A stretch of 64,000 nucleotides of DNA from the human T2T-CHM13v2.0 reference genome, Homo sapiens. Each line of letters starts with the position of its first letter. Within the stretch, counting starts at the first letter, position 1. The position numbers and the translations under genes are program-made. Shown here one piece after another: positions 53,633 to 64,000 of the stretch. The stretch lies in assembly GCF_009914755.1 (NCBI RefSeq), contig NC_060941.1, one strand, 5' to 3'. Below the pieces are notes generated by a model. That model saw nothing but the letters and a program-made list of their open reading frames with translations, had not been told where the DNA came from and ran no database searches.

Positions 53633-54818
53633 TCAGTCGTATTAAATTCTGCAGAGACATAAGTCAGATTAGCACTGAGGGAAAGCCATTGGATATAGCG
53701 ATTAGGTCATTAGTGACCTTCAAAAGGAGTTTCGAAATGGTGTTGGAAGCCAGATTGCATTTGGTTGAAGCTCAGGGAAGTCGAGAAAGTGGAACTGGTA
53801 AGCATAGGGGTCTCCTGAGAGGAGCAGTGAAGACAGACAGGTAATTTGAGAGCAATGAGTGGCCAATAGGGGTGGCCAAATTAAGGATTTGGTCCACACA
53901 TTCACAAACCTACCTACAAAGACAGCTCTGCTGCCGGGTTGATTACAGGGGCTGCCGTGGCTATGCAGCTGTCTGTGCTGGGGAAAGAAGCTATCGGCCG
54001 TCTCTTTCACAAAGAAGCTTCTGTACAGTGTCTCCCCAGACCCGCCGAAGTCTCTCCAAAAGTGCCTCTTCCTACGTAACTGCTGAGACGGCAGAAACCC
54101 TACACGTAGATTGCTGGTGTGACTGCACTGCCCGTTCTCTCAATACATGGAACTAACGGGCAGACATGGTTGATAGGGCACCAAAAATAGACAGAAACAA
54201 TTTTGATGTAGCATTCGGGATTATAAACAGATATAAAACATCCTGGTGCTGCGCAGAAGTGGCTGTCGTGATACGGTCCTGCGCTTTTCACGGCTGCTGC
54301 GGCCATAGATACTTCACTTGCTATTGAAACGCCTTTGACACAATCTCCAGGTCATAGGTCACAACCCCAAGTGTAAGTCTCCCTGCCTGATAGAAAATCT
54401 GCTTTAATAAGAAACAAGAACTCACTCAGTCCGTCCGGAGAGCCCCTAGATATGTGGCAGTGTACTAAGCACTATGAGAAGGAAATAAGATGTTAAAAAA
54501 TATCATTAACCAGGCTCGGTGGCTCACTTCTGTAATCCCAGCACTTTGGGAATCTGAGGCGGGTGGATCACCTGATGTCAGGAGTTTGAGACCAGCCTGG
54601 CCAACATGGTGAAACCCCTTCTCTACTAAAAATACAAAGGCCGGGCACGGTGGCTCATGCCTCTTATCCCAGCACTTCGGGAGGCCAAGGCGGGCGGATC
54701 ATGAGGTCAGGAGTTCGTGACCAGTCTGGCCAACATAGTGAAACCCCATCTCTACTAAAAATACACAAAAAATTAGCCGGGCATGGGGGTGTAATCCCCA
54801 TGTAATCCCAGCTTCTCA

Positions 54819-54986
<168 letters not shown>

Positions 54987-55001
54987 CTATAATCCCAGCT
55001 A

Positions 55002-55190
<189 letters not shown>

Positions 55191-55254
55191 TCAATAGACT
55201 TTATGGTATTTAAAAAAAAAAACAAAAAAAACCCAGGCTCAGCATAGTGGCTCA

Positions 55255-55608
<354 letters not shown>

Positions 55609-55707
55609 TTAGGAGGCTTAGGTGGGGGGAATCGCTTAAGCCCAGGAGTTTGAGACCAGTGTAGGCAACATACTGAAACCTTCTCTTTACTAAAAATACA
55701 AAAATTA

Positions 55708-55845
<138 letters not shown>

Positions 55846-55925
55846 TCAAAAAAACAAAACAAGGCCTGGCGCGGTGACTCACGCCTGTAATCCCAGCACT
55901 TTGGGAGGCCGAGGCGGGCAGATCA

Positions 55926-56126
<201 letters not shown>

Positions 56127-56489
56127 TCAAGACCTCGTCTCAAAAAAAAAAAATCCATATCTAAAGTGATTTGAAATGACATGTTTATTATGTTTCAAAT
56201 TTTCCTATGTCTGGTTCTAGAATTTTTCTATTCATTTCCTCTGATCTGTTTGTTCTTATGTCGATAAGATTTTAAATATAATACCATTATAGTATGTTTT
56301 TATATCTGGTAGAACATTTTTTTATTCAAAATTTCACTGATTTTATACTTTTACTCTGCTAGATGAACTTCAGAATCAACTTGAAAAGTTCTCTCGGCCG
56401 GGCGCGGTGGCTCATGCCTGTAATCCCAGCACTTTGGGAGGCCGAGGTGGGCACATCATGAGGTCAGGAGATCGAGACCATCCTGGCTA

Positions 56490-56745
<256 letters not shown>

Positions 56746-56812
56746 TTAATTAAAAGACAATTGGAAATTTTTTTTCTTTTCTTTTTCTTTTCTTTTTTCT
56801 TTTTTTTTTTGA

Positions 56813-56971
<159 letters not shown>

Positions 56972-57572
56972 TAGTAGAGATGGGATTTCACCATGTTGGC
57001 CAGGCTAGTCTCAAAATCCTGACCTCAGGTGATCCACCCGCCTCGCCCTCCCAAAGTGCTGGGATGACAGACTTGAGCCACTGCACCCAGCCCAAGAATT
57101 GGAGATATGTTCAAAAATGAGTTTTCTCAGGAAAATTCTCCAATTTTATTCCAGTCTCCTTGCTGAAATGATTTTTTTGTTTTTTTTTTTGAGACAAAGT
57201 CTCACTCTGTCGCCTAGGCTGGAGTGCAGTGGCACAATCTCGGCTCACTGCAACCTCTGCTCCGGGTTCAAACGATTCTCCTGCTTCAGCTTCCTGAGTA
57301 GCTGGGACTACAGGCGCACGCCACCACGCCTGGCTAAATTTTTATTTTTAGTAGAGATGGGGTTTCACCATGTTGGCCAGGCTAGTCTTGAACTCCTGAC
57401 CTCAGGTGATCTGCCCGCCTCGGCCTCCCAAAGTGCTGGGATGACAGGCGTGAGCCACTGCGCCCAGCCTGAAATGATCTTAAGTACAATTGTATAGTTA
57501 GATGTATAAAGGTCTCACATATTTCTAATTAACTTTGTTCCCAAGTATTTAGGAGGCTATTGATAATTATAA

Positions 57573-57935
<363 letters not shown>

Positions 57936-58069
57936 TGATATATACAAAAATCACTTTTTTTTTTTTTGTATAGACGGGGTTTCGCCATGTTGCTCTGTCT
58001 GGTCTCAAATGCCTGGGCTCAACCATCTGCCAGCCTCAGCCTCCCAAAGTGCTGAGATTACAGGCATGA

Positions 58070-58515
<446 letters not shown>

Positions 58516-58778
58516 TAGCCAGGATGGTCTCGATCTCCTGACCTCGTGATCCGCCCGCCTCGGCCTCCCACAGTGCTGGGATGACAGGCGTGAGCCACCG
58601 CGCCCAGCCAAGTTCTTATTTAATTCTAACTTCTTTCTGCATTGACTTGGAGCTTCAGAGAAGTATTAAATAAGAGATATAATAATGGGCATTATTGAAT
58701 TCTATTGAATACTTGATTTTAATAGGAATGACTCTAGTGTTTCACCATTGAGGTTTACTATTGGTTTCTGATAAATAA

Positions 58779-58905
<127 letters not shown>

Positions 58906-59155
58906 TAGCTGGGACTACAGGTGTCCACTACCATGCCCGGCTAATTTTTTGTATTTTTAGTAGAGACAGGGTTTCACCATGTTGGCCAGGCTGGTCTCTA
59001 ACTCCCAATCTCAGGTAATCTGCCTGCCTAAGCCTTCTAAAGTGTTGGGATTACAGGCATGAGCCACTGCGCTCGGCCCTAATTTTTGTATTTTTAGTAG
59101 AGACAGGGTTTCGCCATGTTCACCAGGATGGTCTCGAACTCCTGACCTCAGGTGA

Positions 59156-59553
<398 letters not shown>

Positions 59554-59601
59554 TCATATCATGTATGAAAAGACGACAACTCTGGGCTGTTTGTCATGTA
59601 A

Positions 59602-59760
<159 letters not shown>

Positions 59761-62089
59761 TAAGGCGCCTGCCACCACGCCCAGGTAATTTTTGTATTTT
59801 TAGTAGAGATACGGTTTCACCATGTTAGCCAGGATGGTCTCGATCTCCTGACCTCGTGATTACAGGTGTGAGCCAGCACACCCGGCCCTCTGGACTTGTT
59901 TCTTTGCTTCCTTGTGATGCTGTTTAAATTGTTTCCTATTCCTTAAATTTCCTGTAAAGTGGTGGTTGGATGACAGCCAGGTTCAGGTTTTGTTTTTTGT
60001 TTTTTTTTGGTTTTTTTTGCCAGAATACCTCAGAGGTGGTGCTTGCTGCAAGCTTCCTTTGGTCTTATTGTGCTAAGACTGACAAGTGACAATATTTAAA
60101 GAATATGTTTGCTGGGGCCGGGCACGGGGGCTCATGCCTGTAACCCTGGCACTTGGGACGCTGAGGTGGGCAGATCACCTGAGGTCAGGAATTGGAGACC
60201 AGCTGGGTCAACATGGTAAAACCCCATCTCTAGACAGAGCAAGACTCCGCCTCAAAAAGCAAAACAAAATAAAAAGAATATGTTCATTGAGAAACAATTT
60301 CCACACCATGAATTCACCTATTTTGAGCAAGAATTCAATGAGTTTTAGTCTATTACAGAGTTATCCCGCCATCGCCACAGTCCCATTTTAGAGCATTCCC
60401 ATCAAACTAAAATCAAACTTTGTGCCCATTTACAATCAACCTCCATTCCTACTCCCAGCCCTAGGCAACCACTCATCTATTTCCTATCTCTATAGATTTG
60501 TCTTTTATAGAAATAAATCATATTTTGTGTGCTTTGTTTTTCCGGTGACTTCTGAATTCAATGTAGACATATTAACCTCACTGAGTCTTTGTTGTTTTTC
60601 CTTGCTCGCGTTTCTCTCTATTCCTCATTGATTTATTCTGATCCATTAATAAGAGTTGTGTCTTTCGTTTTGTGCTGACTTCATTTTGCTGCGTTGCGTA
60701 CCCTGTGCCCTTGCATATTCTTTAGTAACCAGCTCTGTGCTAACTTTCATTTGAATAGCAGGGCCCTGTTGGCTCATAAGGAACTTTTGTGGGACTCATT
60801 AAAAAAGGTACTCCTGCTAAAGAAATGCCCTTGTTTGAATTAAAAAATGATCCTGCTGGGTGCAGTGGCTCACACCTGTAATCCCAGCACTTTGGGAGGC
60901 TGAGGCAGGCAGATCAGCTGAGCTCAGGAGTTCAAGACCCGCCTAAGCAACATGGCGAAACCCCGTCTCTACTAAAAATACAAAACATAGCCAGGCGTGG
61001 TGGCAGGTACCTGTAATCCCCGCTACTCAGGAGGCTGAGGCAGGAAAATCGCTTGATCCTAGGAGGCGGAGGATGCAGTGAGCCAAGATTGCGTCACTAC
61101 ACTCCAGTCTGGGCGATAGAGCGAGACTCCATCTCACAGAAAAAGAGGGTCCTTCCCAGCAGTAGGGGAGGCTGAGGCAGGAGGACTGCTTGAGCTCAGG
61201 AGTTCTAGACCGACCTGGCCAACATGGTGACACCCCCATCTCTATAAAAAATACAAAACCTAGCTGGGCGCGGTGGCGCGCACCTGTAGTTCCTACCAAT
61301 CACAAGGTTAAGTTGGGAGGATACTTTGAGCCCAGGTGGTCGAGGCTGCAGTGAGCTGTGACTCTGCCACTGCACTGCAGCCTGGGTGACAAAATGAGAC
61401 CCTGTCTCAAACACACAAAACTAAACAAAAGTGATGATCCTGCAAGCAGACAAAGCCTGCTGGAGTTTCGGCTGGCCTTGTGCCTTGCTTTCATCAATAG
61501 AATGCAGGGGAGTTCGGCGGCTGCACCTTCTGGGAAGCAAGGAGCACCTCTGCTCGGCAGCTGTGCAACTCTCCAGGTGTGACGTGGCAGCCTTGTGTGT
61601 GACCTTTCTGCCCTCCCCAAGTTTGCATTTTCTTTTTTTTTTAATCTTTGAGACAGAGTCTCGCTCTTTCACCCAGGCTGGAGTGCAGTGGCGCAATCTT
61701 GGCTCAGTGCAACCTCTGCCTCCCGGATTCAAGCCATTCTTCTGAACTCAGCCTCCCGAGTAGCTGGGATTAAGGCGCCTGCCACCACACCCAGCTGCTA
61801 GATTTTTTATATTTTTAGTAGAGACGGGGTTTCACCGTGTTAGCCAGGATGGTCTCGATCTCCTGACCTCGTGATCCACTTGCCTCGGTCTCCCAAAGTG
61901 CTGGGATTACAGGCGTGAGGCACTGCACCCGGCCCCAAGTTTGCATTTTCAACAGTAAAGTTTACTTTTAAATTAAAAGATTTAAATTGGGGAAAATAAC
62001 AAAAAGAATGTAGGGGACTGACATTGTGTCAATTCCACGGCTACACCTTAAGAGACCTTGGTCTCTTGGAACCCTGCCAATAGCCACGG

Positions 62090-62355
62090 ACTCAGTCCAG
62101 GCAGCCCTGCTGGAGGATGGGAGACCACAGGAAGTAGAGATAAACTGTGTCAGCTGAGGGCCATCCAAGATCAACCAGCCCCTGCCAATCAGCATCTGAC
62201 CTCATCCATGAGTGAAACTGGCCAAGACTTGGAGAACTGCCCAGCTGAGCCCAACCCCAGCTGCTGACCTGTGTAATTATAAGATGGCTAAGTGATTGTT
62301 ATTTTAAGCCACTAAGGATTGGCATGGTTTACTTTGCAGCAAAGCTAACTGATAG
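62090..62355 (+). mobile_element. MLT1-family MaLR LTR fragment
   Basis: GAACTGCCCAGCTGAGCCCA ... TTGTTATTTTAAGCCACTAAG ... GCAGCAAAGCTAACTGATA is the MLT1 3' end. Confidence 0.75.
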
Positions 62356-62410
62356 AGTAACTTTGTTTGTTTTGAGACAGAGTCTTGCTGTGATGCTCAG
62401 GCTGGAGTGA

Positions 62411-62681
<271 letters not shown>

Positions 62682-63029
62682 TAGGCCCAGCTAGTTTTTG
62701 TATTTTTAGTAGAGACAGGGTTTCACCATGTTGGCCAGGCTGGTCTGGAACTCCTGACCTCAAGTGATCCACCCGTCTTGGCCTCCCAAAGTGCTGGAAT
62801 TACAGGCGTGAGCCACCGTGGCCGGCCTTAATTTTTCTATTAGACATGGGGTTTCACCATGTTGGCCAGGCTAGTCTCTAACTCCCAACCTCAGGTGATC
62901 TGCCCAAGTCGGCCTCCCAAAGTGCTAGGATTACAGGGGTAAGCCACCGTGCCCACATGGCTTTTGATGACTTCTAGCCCACCTATTCTGTTTTCACTTT
63001 TTGGTTCAGAATACAACCTCTGGGTATCT

Positions 63030-63927
<898 letters not shown>

Positions 63928-64000
63928 TGAGTCTCGCTCTGTTGGTCAGGCTGGAGTGCAGTGGCACAATCTCGGATCACTGCAACCTCCGCCTCCCGGA

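Overview
Primate (human-like) genomic DNA that is very Alu-dense. It carries the 5' five coding exons of YWHAE (14-3-3 epsilon) on the minus strand: exon 1 CDS 48771-48834, exon 2 13580-13779, exon 3 10623-10729, exon 4 9813-10019, exon 5 2914-3050. All introns are GT-AG, and the 715 coding nt splice in frame; the last exon lies left of the window. A CpG-island promoter sits at about 47.9-49.3 kb, followed by about 15 kb of repeat-rich upstream DNA. Nearly all ORFs in the supplied track are Alu or SVA translation artefacts. Best observations: (1) a 33-nt stop-containing cassette exon (18429-18461) built from the 3' terminus of a Tigger1 DNA transposon, which would give a short uORF and an N-terminally truncated 14-3-3 epsilon or NMD; (2) a full-length SVA about 2.4 kb upstream of the promoter with a broken poly(A) signal and a 55-nt 3' transduction, inserted in an Alu A-tail; (3) a 61-nt identical non-consensus tract shared by two independently inserted Alus; (4) a MADE1 hairpin, a YY1 motif cluster, a CTCF-like motif and an unexplained CpG-rich structured segment at about 54 kb. 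Repeat family names come from recalled consensus sequences, not a RepeatMasker run.
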